Shown piece by piece: positions 28,159-39,900 of a DNA stretch of 64,000 nucleotides. Within the stretch, counting starts at the first letter, position 1. Every line of letters begins with the position of its first letter. A program made the position numbers and the translations under genes. The notes under the pieces are model-generated. The model worked only from the letters and a program-made list of their open reading frames with translations, was not told the origin of the DNA and made no database searches. Origin of the DNA: Chrysomallon squamiferum (lineage: Eukaryota; Animalia; Mollusca); the NCBI GenBank assembly GCA_012295275.1, contig CM022671.1, positions 27,714,001 through 27,778,000 of the forward strand, in the 5' to 3' direction.

Positions 28159-29059
28159 ATACAAACAATCAAATTTACTTATTTTCATAATAATTACTCA
28201 TAATTCTCAACAGTTTATGGTTTTTTGGTATTGTTACGTATTTTGGGTATTAAGTGATCAGGAACATATTAATTGAGCGTATCAAGTAAGAAAATTAGAT
28301 TAGTATTCATTCGTTATTCATTATAAATTATATAAGAATGTAAATATAAACACACAACATATTTATACAATGCTGAATGTTTCGATCACAACCAACGCCA
28401 GCTGTAATAAAAATGAGAATAATTACAACAAAATAATAATTACAGTTTTATAATAATAATTAAAAAAATGTTAGTAGCTTAATGAATCTAAAAAAAATAA
28501 AAAAAAAAAAAAAAGTTAAAACCATAAAAAGTTTAATATAAAGTAACGGTTGTATCAATATGTGTGTGTGTGTGAAACACAACCTTTGTAATAAACCTCA
28601 CAATTTCAAGCCAGTTTTTAACGTTTTATAATAATGACTGTTAAAATGTCAGTTGCTATTACAGATCACCAGATGTTTTGGTTTGTGTATACATCTGCCA
28701 AGATATTTTATTAGCCATTTTATACCTGTTGTATATTTACCTGTATTTGTTTATAATAAAAATAATTATTAAAAACATAAACAGTGTTTTTATCATTAGT
28801 AATAAAACAAAAGAAGCATTGGGCGACAAAGTAATCCGTGTGTCCAGAAAAATCTTAACATATCTGAAACCGAAGTTTAGTAAATGATTAAATATTTTCT
28901 TTTGTGTGTGCGTGTGTTTCATCAGTTTATTATTTTTAATATTACGAATCGACGTGAATAGCAATAGTTGAACTTTAAATTACACGTCATTTCAAGGGAG
29001 ATAACCAGCAATCATATCATTGCAGGTTGCAGTGACTGGTCTAGCAGAGGGTTTATTGT

Positions 29060-29150
29060 CTTGGCCGCCAAACTGTTCACAATTAACATTGCCATCCGGC
29101 CCGCGAGACAGCAAAATAAAAGTCAATGAAATGAAGTCAGTTGACACAGC
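29060..29150. mobile_element. Possible hAT (Charlie-like) terminal fragment
   Basis: cggcccgcgagacagcaaaataaaagtcaatg...gttgacacagct resembles the GGCCCGCG subterminal motif of hAT non-autonomous elements; no partner end found. Confidence 0.3.
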
Positions 29151-31353
29151 TATTTTTTTTTTATTGAAGTTTAAAATTTAAGGCGTCTCGAAGGCACTCG
29201 TCGAATCAATAGTGCCCGCATCCGTTAAAAATGATTTTACTGTTTACATAAAATACACGTTTTGAAATCTTTTTTTGTTCTCATTTCATATTCTGGCCCT
29301 TATGCTCTTCCTATGAGATTCATCCGCCTCTGGTCTAGCATGACTGGCAGATGTAAAGTGTCTGATAGCATGAACAAGATTAATGATCTAAGCAGATTCT
29401 GTATACAGATTTACAGACAAAAAGTCTGATAATAATAATGGAGGACAACGAGATCATGTCCTTTATATGGAGAAAAGTCTAATAGCCGACAGAATAATTA
29501 ATGTAGTAACTGTGCAATGATTTCCAAGTAAATATATATTCTATGCAAAAGACATGACAAGAAAACTGCAAGCTCCATGTATCCTCAGGACTTGTTATGC
29601 CATACTCATACTTCATAATTATTTAGGATTTTGCAATGATCATATGAAATTAAAAAGTCCATTAATCCATATTTTCTTTTCACCCAAAAATTAAGTGTCT
29701 CTTTTGAGCTTAAATTCAAAAATATTTTAGCTTGTTTCATTTAATCCTGATTCTAATAAAGGAAGAGACAAATAATACATATATTTTATGTTTTAATTTG
29801 GATTTAAAAGATACAGTTCTATAATTGTATTTATTAAACAGGTTCGTTATATTAAAACATGGTGTTAAGTACTAAAAATATGACAGTGGATAAGCTTTTC
29901 AACTTTTTATTTGTTCTGCACAAATGAAAAAGATCCTCTCTGATTGGTCATTAACGTAGAAACATCACAATTTTCTAAAAATAATATTTTAGTGGATATT
30001 TTTTGCTTTACCTTTCTTCCTGATCAATGAAACACAGATAAATGATATTCATAAATTTATTCACAAAACAACATTTAATGAAACTTCTTTAATTTCACAA
30101 CAAGCATTTAAAATAAAAATAAAACAATATTATAATTGTTGTTTTTAAATAACTTTAATTTACTGCTTGGTCACCTTATATTTGACAGTGGTACATGTTT
30201 GTTTGTAAGGGCAATATGAACTTGCTAAATTTTGGGCTGGTTGAAAGTTTAAGTTGTAAAGATTTTTGAAGAGAATTTAAAAGCAAACAGCCATTAAAAT
30301 TAAGTACATGTACCATTATGTGAAAATGAAGTAGTGTAACAATTAAAAATACAAATTACAACAGAAACAAGCAAAAACACCTGTGCAACAGTAAATTAAA
30401 CAAAATTTATAGAGATAACATAAACAATGATATCGATGACTTAGATTTTAATGTATTTCATAACTAAAATACATTTCCATAACATTTATTATTTCACATA
30501 TAATTGACAAATTTTTAAATCTATTAAATTATTATTTATTTACATTATCTTACATACAAAAAGAACTTTGAAATATTGTAAATGAGCTAAAAAAAAAACA
30601 CATTGTATTTTTCTGTTAAAAAAACTAAAATTATGTTTGAAACAAAAAATTCATAACAGTTTATCCTTTAAAAATTAAAAATGTATGGATTTAATTATTC
30701 CTTTTATAATGTTAATATAAGTAATAAAATGGTATCCAAATTTATATAACCAAGTAAATAAATATATATTTATATGCAGTAATTTTCTATCCTATTTTAT
30801 TATGCTGATTATACAATATAAAGTATCCATTCATTTTATAAATAATTTCACTGAACCTAATAAAATGTATGCTATTCATAAAACTGAAAAATATTTTCTT
30901 ACAAATATACATTTTCATGACTGCAGATTTTAGTTAATTAAATAAAATTATATTCACATAAGCATACATGCTACATATATACACATAAACATAAAAAATG
31001 GATTGGAGTATTACGGTGTGAAATGCCTGTTAAATGTGAAGATGATGTCATGAAATATTTGATTATAATTCATATATTCTAATCAGTTTTATCGCAAAAA
31101 TACTGTTTTAATATATAACACCTTTGACTGAATTTGTAAGTTTTTATTATGCACATATACTCACACACAGAGAGAAATGATATGATATATTAAATTATAG
31201 AAGAATGTGTTACAATGGATTATTAATGTAATTTTAACTATCACAATATTTTTCAGATCCACAGACATCATGCCACCCTTTTATGTGTTAGAACTTGTTA
31301 TTAACTCAATGAAAATAGTGAATATTGTTACAACTATCATTAGTGTGTTTGTG

Positions 31354-31384
<31 letters not shown>

Positions 31385-32344
31385 CAGTCAGTCTCATATT
31401 GATGTGACCCAAAAATAAAATATATTTCATTAACAATTGCCTCATACATAATGTAGATTTCCACATAAAGATTTATTGTAAGTAAAAATATGTCAGAGTA
31501 ATCTGTTACCTCTGATGACTCACCTCTCTATTTGTTAACAAATAAACAGAAACAGTTTATCACAAAACCAATTATGAATCTAGACTGTTAACAGAAACAT
31601 CCCTAATATAAGCACCACAAATACACACAATATAAAGTAAATTGTATAAATACAAACACACAGTGCAACATTTTTAAAAACCTGTAACAAAGCACATATC
31701 AAAACAAAGTGAAAAATTTGTTTAAAAAAAAAAAAAAAAAAAAATTAATAATAAAATAAATAATTAAAAGCAAAACAATTTCATTGGAAAAGGTTTTTAA
31801 ACATTTAAAATAAAATACTCATGAAATATTATTTTTTTATTTTTTTATTTATTAGTTTTGTATGTTGTTGTGTTGTTTTTTAAATTATGTTTCTATATTT
31901 TTTTAAATAATGATTGAAATCCAATTTTGATTTGTATGTTTGAAAATAAATATTAAACATATATTATTTATTTAACGCAGATCTCTTACTGGCTGTTAGC
32001 TATTGTATTTTTCCAACTAGTTCATTTGTTAAAGTATTAGACTCTCAAACTGTAAATTTTAGTTCAAAAATTTCAGAGCAGTTATTAAATTCATGAAGAA
32101 TATCTGTAACAGAATCATTTTAAGTACTGATATTGTAAGTGTTAATAATGTACAAAGTAAAAGTCATTAATGAAATGTGGAAACCATCAACTAAAAAACA
32201 CCTCAAATTGATCCCCTTAAAGATAGCTGGCAGTAATGCAAAATATTGAATGGAATACTATAGGATAATCTCTCTATAAGCTCCTTCACAACACTGTCAC
32301 AGATGAAAATCAGGACCATCTGCATGTACTTCCCTTTTGTCTGA

Positions 32345-32520
32345 TCATTTGTTCTTTAACTCCTGTTTTGCTTTTTCCCGTTCCGCTACATCAATAGCAG
32401 CAACATTCTGACAGGCCGTGATTAGCTGAAGAAGACTGATACACGACTTCATAATGGAGATCGGTGCACTCAGAAAGAGCAGCAGTTTCCAAAGACCAAT
32501 TGACAGAGGTCCAAGTGGCA
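32345..32520 (-). CDS. CDIPT: CDIPT exon 6 (LPLGPLSIGLWKLLLFLSAPISIMKSCISLLQLITACQNVAAIDVAEREKAKQELKNK*)
   Basis: ttttag|TG; TGA stop ending at 32345. Confidence 0.95.
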
Positions 32521-33881
32521 CTAAAAACATAAAAAAAAACAGAGAAAAATAAAATAAAACTTAATGTTGGAGTCTTTATAACATACTTCATATATCTGAT
32601 ATATAAAACACTTTGTAATAAGGTTTTTAAGATTATAATAAACATGACAACAATCATTAAATCTATACAAAAAATCAAGCATTTAATGCAGGAATTAATC
32701 CAGACAGCAAAACTATGACAACACAAGACAACAGTAAAAAAAAAAAAAATTTAACCTGTTTTTGACACTACATAATTCATCAAATTTCTGCACTACATAA
32801 TTCATCATACTTCTATCAGAGGACACAATTTAACCTAAGGGCACCAATCTTAAAAATTATTTTATATAAGGCAGTGAAAAGTAAAACATGAAGAAACACT
32901 GACATAATTTCTTTAAACAGTCTGAATTAATTCACCTCCAATAAAAATATGAGGTAGAGAAATTAACAAGCTTTTTAATATGACTTTAATATTCCACAGA
33001 TTATTATTATTATTATTATTATTTTTTTTTAATTATAGTTCATTATAATTGTTATCAATGTTAAAAAGAATCACTATTTCTGAGTTCTTACATATAGGAC
33101 CAGATGTAAAGTACACCACGTAAAGAAGACAGTAGAACAGTTCATTGGCAGAACAGAAGATAAACAGTATTATCTGAAATTAGACATTCAGCCATGTATT
33201 TAGTATTTTAAAAAATGTGTATAATAACTTTATTCACATTGTTTTTTTTTTTTTTTTTTTTAAACACTTATTCAAGATGTATACATATGCAGCTAAATAA
33301 TATTGTATTTTAATTACCAAGATTCCATATATTGATACTAATTTTGCTATCCATTTCTGGTCCAATAATGATCTAGCAAATTTATATTCCATTTATTAAC
33401 AAAAATAAATACAGAAAAAGAATAGTTGTTCTTTCTTTTGTTTAATTTATTTTATTATTATTATTATTTTTTTTTTTTTTTTTTTTTTTTTTGTTGTTGT
33501 TGTTATCTAAAATAACACTCTAAATTTTTTAGTGCCTAGATCAAAACATATAAATCAGATAATTAATCATAAAAATATTTCTATCTAAAAAGGATTTAAA
33601 AACTTAAAGAAACAATCACAAATTATGTTTCTAATTTGTGATTGTGGATGTGATATGATTAAGATATGAATGTAAAAATTAGTGATAATAAGACAGCTGG
33701 TTAGTTACCTTGTCGTGGTAGTAATGTTTCAGTATTGGGTGAGCAGACACATCAATCATTTTGTGACTTGTGCTCCCTTTCATCAAAGAACTGAAAAGAA
33801 AACCTTTGTAATAAATTTCTTTTCTTTAATGGTAGGATAAAGATATTTACTAATTACAGAATATACTTTTATTGTCTAACA

Positions 33882-33921
<40 letters not shown>

Positions 33922-35432
33922 AACCCTTTACCTGTAACATATCCAAAACTGTTTACGACCCATAAAAATTAAAATGAACTGTCACAAGAATTTCTTTTTA
34001 TTTCTGTCCAAGCCGACAAATGAAAGTATGTTTCTTTACAATTATAATTTACCTTTGCAAATGAAACCAGTGACTAAATATGTCAAGTGCCATGCTGAAC
34101 TGCAACAACAGCATATACTGTGGGTAGAAATGGCACAACGCAGCACATAAGCACATTGTTGTGATCCGATCTATCAGCTGATCCAACATGGCACCAAGCT
34201 TACTGCCTAGAAGCAAAAAAAAAAAAAAAAAAACAATTAACCAAACTGGAAAATGTATTTAGATACAGTATTTAACCTGTAGTATATTACAATGTGTTCA
34301 GTAAGAGATATAGAGATATAGAGATATAGACAGAAGTAAAAAAAACTGATCTTATAGCTGTTGAAAAGAAACATGATAAAATCAACAGGTTCTTTCATTA
34401 TAAGGCTTGTCTGTATAGAAAGCTGACGTGAATTTGATGACTATAACTATCCAAATGAACAAAAATACAGGCTGAAATTCTTGTAAATAATATTAAAGGA
34501 TATTTTATAGACAGGCTATATTAATCATTAATACTATTGTCTAAACAAATTTTGAAAAAGATACAATATCTGGATATTTTTAACTTATAATTTTGAAAAT
34601 CATATTATCTCATGGTACTCTTGCAATTGAACAATGTGATATAATTTGAATATAATTTAAAGTAATTTGATATAATTTAAAGTTCAGACTGACTGGTATG
34701 AAATAATTTATAAGATTTTTATGACCATCAGTAAAAAAAAAACTTTTTGTACAAATGTTTCTTACATGTCTTAACTCTCATAATGAAAAGAAGGACTACT
34801 GGTGTTAGTGGATTTCTGACTCTACACTTACTATCTTAAGTATCTGATCTGTATCAAATTACAGTTATGACTTACAAATAGCCTAAAATATATTACACAT
34901 ACCTTGATTTAGCATTCTAGCTGCATGCCCATCAAAAACATCAAGAAAACCACTTAGCAGATAAAAACATGTTGCTTTCCCCGGAGAAGTTGGCATGAAG
35001 TAGAATGATACAAATGCAAAAACAATTCTCAGATAATCTGCAATAATAATAATAATAATAATAGTAGTAGTAGTAGTAGTAGTAGTAGCAGTAGTAGTAG
35101 TAAGATGCATCGCAATCTGGAGTAAATAACGTCATGACTTTTAACCGTAACCTCTCGTCCTATGTGTAATGCATGCATAGTCATGTTAGTGGATATTTAT
35201 CTTCATTTATATGTATATTAACATACTATTCTTCAACTTGTTAAAACCATACATAATTATAATACAGTAACAGTCTGATACACTGGTAAGCAGTATTCTC
35301 CCTTCTCCTAATAATTAACATATTACCGTAAGTCATATAATTCTGAAACATTAATCAACAAAATCATGAACACATATACACTTATCACTTACCTATAATA
35401 TTAGGAACAAACAAGAAAACATTTTCTGTCAT
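32345..35432 (-). CDS. CDIPT: CDP-diacylglycerol--inositol 3-phosphatidyltransferase (phosphatidylinositol synthase); 6 exons, 669 nt, 222 aa
   Basis: Minus-strand exons 35432-35393, 35037-34903, 34206-34053, 33790-33709, 33173-33092, 32520-32345 are all GT-AG and in phase. Protein MTENVFLFVPNIIDYLRIVFAFVSFYFMP...DVFDGHAARMLNQGSKLGAMLDQLIDR...SHKMIDVS...ANELFYCLLY... carries the CDP-alcohol phosphotransferase signature DxxDGxxAR...GxxxDxxxD. Confidence 0.97.
33092..33173 (-). CDS. CDIPT: CDIPT exon 5 (IILFIFCSANELFYCLLYVVYFTSGPI)
   Basis: tttcag|ATA ... T|gtaaga; 82 nt. Confidence 0.95.
33612..33645. repeat. Perfect 14-bp inverted repeat with 6-nt loop in CDIPT intron 4
   Basis: acaatcacaaatta-tgtttc-taatttgtgattgt. 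Confidence 0.9.
33709..33790 (-). CDS. CDIPT: CDIPT exon 4 (SSLMKGSTSHKMIDVSAHPILKHYYHDK)
   Basis: tttcag|T ... AAG|gtaact; 82 nt. Confidence 0.95.
34053..34206 (-). CDS. CDIPT: CDIPT exon 3 (GSKLGAMLDQLIDRITTMC...LDIFSHWFHLQ)
   Basis: ttctag|GC ... AG|gtaaat; 154 nt. Confidence 0.95.
34903..35037 (-). CDS. CDIPT: CDIPT exon 2 (DYLRIVFAF...LDVFDGHAARMLNQ)
   Basis: ttgcag|AT ... G|gtatgt; 135 nt. Confidence 0.95.
35393..35432 (-). CDS. CDIPT: CDIPT exon 1 (MTENVFLFVPNII)
   Basis: ATG at 35432; donor G|gtaagt. Confidence 0.95.
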
Positions 35433-35611
35433 GATGTAGGAAATAAATTTCACAACGTAGAAAGACCGATGAAAGTAAACAACTTAATGCATGTTCATCT
35501 ATTTCCTGGATGATGACAACGCCACCTAGCGTGAGTGCATATGAAAAGATTTCTGTCTTACTCAAGAAATTATCGACGTTGAAAATATCAGTATTTAATA
35601 CAATTTTTAAA

Positions 35612-35653
<42 letters not shown>

Positions 35654-36288
35654 ATATATATATAAAACACACACACACACACATATATATATCGATAGAT
35701 ATATATGACTGCGCAATTAATATAACAAAATCTTAAAGATAGGCCTACATTGGATTTCTAATGTAATTATATACAATAAGTTGAAGATAAAAAAAAAAAG
35801 CAGCGTTATCAGTTATAATAAGTAAACTTTTAAATGTTTTGATGTTTTTCTATGACAACTTGAAAGACTGAAGGAGGAATATCCTGATAAACAGCAAAAG
35901 ATATTTTCCCATATTCAGTAAAGTACACACAAATTATTGTTGTTTTGTTTTGTTTTTTGTTTTTTATAAACCAGTTTCGAGCATTGGCCTTGAGGAAGAT
36001 CAGTCTGACGACCCTCTGAGCTTTTCCGTCTACCAACTCGGCCACATCCACATTCATACATACTACCTACAAAAATAAAAAGGGTTTGTTTTGGTGGGGT
36101 TTTTGATGTGTTTGTGTGTATGTGTGTGTCTTAAAATCACATATTTAGTCTACATTTTTCAGTTTGTTTAAAATATATTGATGTATTATAAATTATCCGT
36201 TTAATTTATCCTAATAGCATATATATTTATATATAATACTTTGATTGAAATATTAAAATTAAAATATTTTCTATCACGTCAGCAGTAT

Positions 36289-36341
<53 letters not shown>

Positions 36342-36780
36342 ATGTGCAAACATTTGCATATAATATATCGAGAATATATACTGAGAATCTCAAAGCTAAC
36401 TTATAATCCTTAACCCACTTCAGAATGTTTGGAGGCTGGTTTTATTTTTATTTTTATATCATTAACTAAAAAGAAAATGATTAAATGATTTCTTAATCAT
36501 TTTAATGTGATTAACGGATTAAAATAATAAAATATCGCTTCATACCCATTTTCTATGTCAAGAAATAACAACTTATAAAACAGTTAAAATATATTGGAAA
36601 TATAATGCAATACATACACACACATACATTCATAAAAATTAATTATTCAGTGTTGTAAAATGTATTAATTATAACGTATGTATTGTTTGGTAAATTTCAA
36701 CTACGGAATGTACCGATGTGTTACGAGCTTATGTGTGTATTCCTTGGCGACCGTCGATAAAATGGCTGCGTCTTAACATT
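35433..36780. promoter_or_regulatory. Head-to-head (divergent) promoter region between CDIPT and gene 4
   Basis: The two ATGs are about 1.35 kb apart on opposite strands, and CpG reappears locally. Motifs: CTCF-like CGCCACCTAGCG (35520-35531), DRE TATCGATA (35690-35697), YY1-like AAAATGGCTG (36759-36768), and GCCGCCAT nearby in intron 1 (about 37255-37262). Confidence 0.7.
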
Positions 36781-36918
36781 ATGGAAATTTGGGAAAATGA
36801 TCTAAACGACTACGAAAAGTATGCATTTTTACTAGGTACATCCCTACGAAATAACGATTTGGAACATTTTTTTGGTACATACGATAATGTGTTGCCCAAA
36901 CATTTGTCAGACACCAAG
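36781..36918 (+). CDS. Gene 4 exon 1 (MEIWENDLNDYEKYAFLLGTSLRNNDLEHFFGTYDNVLPKHLSDTK)
   Basis: ATG 36781 in CpG-rich promoter context; strong donor AAG|gtaagt; phase matches the 43678 acceptor. Confidence 0.8.
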
Positions 36919-39900
36919 GTAAGTTAAGTAAAGATTATTGTTAGGGAAGCGGCGGCCGACACTAACATTTACATTAACAGCAGGCTTTTGTAACAACTGG
37001 ACGTCATTGTGTTACGTATGTAACTTTCTTTAATTATCTGAGTCCTAACATTATTAATTGACATATCTAAAAAATATTTCTTCAAAAATGTCATTATCTT
37101 TTGAGTTTAAAAGTTATAAAATATTGATACACTTTGTCAGTTAATAAATAACAAGATATTGTTTTCACTGGTATCTGCATGACAGAGATCCATGCGTACG
37201 CAAAAGGTTTACTTTATTTTATTTAGTGAAATAGAGTAACCTCCCTTAACACTAGCCGCCATCAAATTTGCGACTCGATAAATTTAATATTTTGCATTTG
37301 TAATATACTGAAGATATTTCTAGGTTTTCGGTTTTGGTGGCTACAAATTCGAGACTTTAAAATGTGCTGATTTACTGGAATTACTACATCACAGTTAACT
37401 TTATAAGAGTTCTATTCAATTCTAATTTACTATTTTCAACCGTTACATGGCTTATTGGGCCATTATCAGCTCAGCTAAATTGTCCCTGCAGAAAATTTCA
37501 TGTTGAAAGTGTAATTTAGACTGTCTTTAAGCAGGTAAGTGTTTTGAAGAGTAATTATAAATTTGCTTTTTTCCGTAATCTTTTCTTCAGAAATCACAAT
37601 AGAACAGCCTTGTACAATTAGCACCTAGAACTAGTAGTAGCTTTAAACATTCTTACAGCCTTTTCACATGTAAATCTAAATGATATAAACAGGAAGCATA
37701 AAAAGGCTACTGTTTGATATATCACTGTTATACTTATTTTTTATCACTCAGAGTGAGAGTGGGGCATGTGTTAATACATTTACGTATATTATTTATTTAA
37801 TGACTAAAACATAAAGAGAATATGATAACACATACACAGAGTATATATATTTTTAATACAAATACTGAAATAGCATTTGCATGAAACAACTACCTTTCGT
37901 AGTAATTGTCCTGGTTTGCATAACAAAACATTGATAAAACAGAATATCTGTTTCAATAACATTTATTGACAGTTTTGATTTGATTTTCATTATATGGGTA
38001 AATAAATACAAGTTACAGAGAAAAAATTTATATTTGTAAATTGCAAAAACTATACACTTTTACAGTGAGTCAGTAAGAGCAGAGGGATTTTAACATTACA
38101 CTACAATTAAAAAAATATATACACACAATTCACATCATATCATAATGAAATAATATTAAAAGCATTTACACTAATTGTTTCAGGACATCATCATCCAGAG
38201 CTCTTTTAACAAAAACAACTTTCTGGAATACCATTAACACAATAACAGGCACCATTTTAAACTAATTTTACACTGAATATTTTATAAATGTTGTCCAGAT
38301 GTCATGTAATCAGTTACTAATCTCAACCACCACTGTTGATACTTTTAATACATGCAAAGTAGTTAAACATTGTAGTTATTTACCATCAGGTCTTTTTATA
38401 TACTCTGGTAAAGAACCAGCTGTAATTTAATTTTCATCTGCAATTTTCTGTTTTAATAATACAAGGTTTATCTGAAACATATATTAATAAATAATTATTT
38501 TAATTTATTTATTATTTTATTTTATAATTATCATTATTATTATTATTATTTTTTAAATCTACAGCAGGTTGCCTAGCATCCTTATAGTAAGAGCTGTTGG
38601 TCAGATTTAGGTTTTTGTACTTTAGCCTGTTGATATGAATAGAACATATGATGTTTAAGACTAAGTACTTTTCTCTTCTTTTGCTTTGTGTATTGAATTT
38701 TTTATTTTAAATTTCACAGACAAGTTACACTTGAATATAATTGCTTACTAATGACATCACAGGATAAGAATCATTATATAAACTATATACTAATTGAGAA
38801 ATTTCAAAACAGTCTCAACCAGAAACAAAATATTTGATTTATTTGTGCAAACACTTGATTTTTCTTTTTACTTTTTGTTTTCTGTTAAACAATTAGATTC
38901 AATGGTTTATGTCAATTTTCAAATGGTGCAGCATTATTAAAAGGAAGAAACAAAAATTGCCTGAATCCCTTCATTTTTTTCCAACATTTTGTTCTATTTA
39001 TGTTGCTAGTGTACTTTGGAATGGCATCTTCTTGCATGCTGTAGTAATGTCATAGTAACCATGTTGGCACATCATCAGACTTCAGAATTAGTTCTGTAAC
39101 AAAGATATTTTATTTACCAGATTTGTTTCATTTTCACCATGTTCTTTTTAAAGTTGTATATTGAACTGTGATTTTAGCTGTGTTTCACTTAACATCATAT
39201 TAAGCCACTTGTTGCAAACATTACAAATCTCCTGAGCCTTTCTCATTTAGTTTTCAGTTGAAAGCACAACATAAGGCCTATACTAACTGCATGAATAATC
39301 TTCTTCTTTTTTCTTTTTTTTCTTTTTTTTTTTCTGGTAGTCTATAGTACAAACAACTTTGTATTCATGTTAAATCTACAAAATAATTATACAACACTTT
39401 TTGTATGACAACTGTGATGCAAACAAAAATAGATGTTGTAAAATGTAAAGACAGTTTGCACAATTGTCAAAGGCCTGCACATGTGTCATTTGAATTCAGA
39501 CTGAACAAATAAAAGTTCCAAGATTTTGACATATATGTATGCTGTTAAAAAAACAAAACAGTACCATTTATCATCATATTGTAGCAAAAATATTCTCAGT
39601 TTAATTTGGTAATGTCTGCAACAAAAAACAGTACAAGAGTATCATTAAAATGCATATTTTTAGTTGGATCTGTGGGGAGGAGATATTGATTGAAAGAAAG
39701 TACTGACAGAAAAGAAAGTTTCTAAATATATACCTTTTTTCTTTTTTTTCAACAATAATGCAGGTAGAAAGGATATGTCACTGAAAGTTTACTAACATGT
39801 TTCTAAAATTCACACATACAAATCTGTGTGTGTGTGTGCCGATTTGTTTTAAGCAACTGATTAAATGCTGGACACATGTGTTAGGTCTACAGCTGTTGAT

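Noticed and set aside
32766-32807. 17-bp direct repeat cactacataattcatca at 25-bp period in CDIPT intron 5
   Set aside because: Ordinary small slippage duplication; no functional indication
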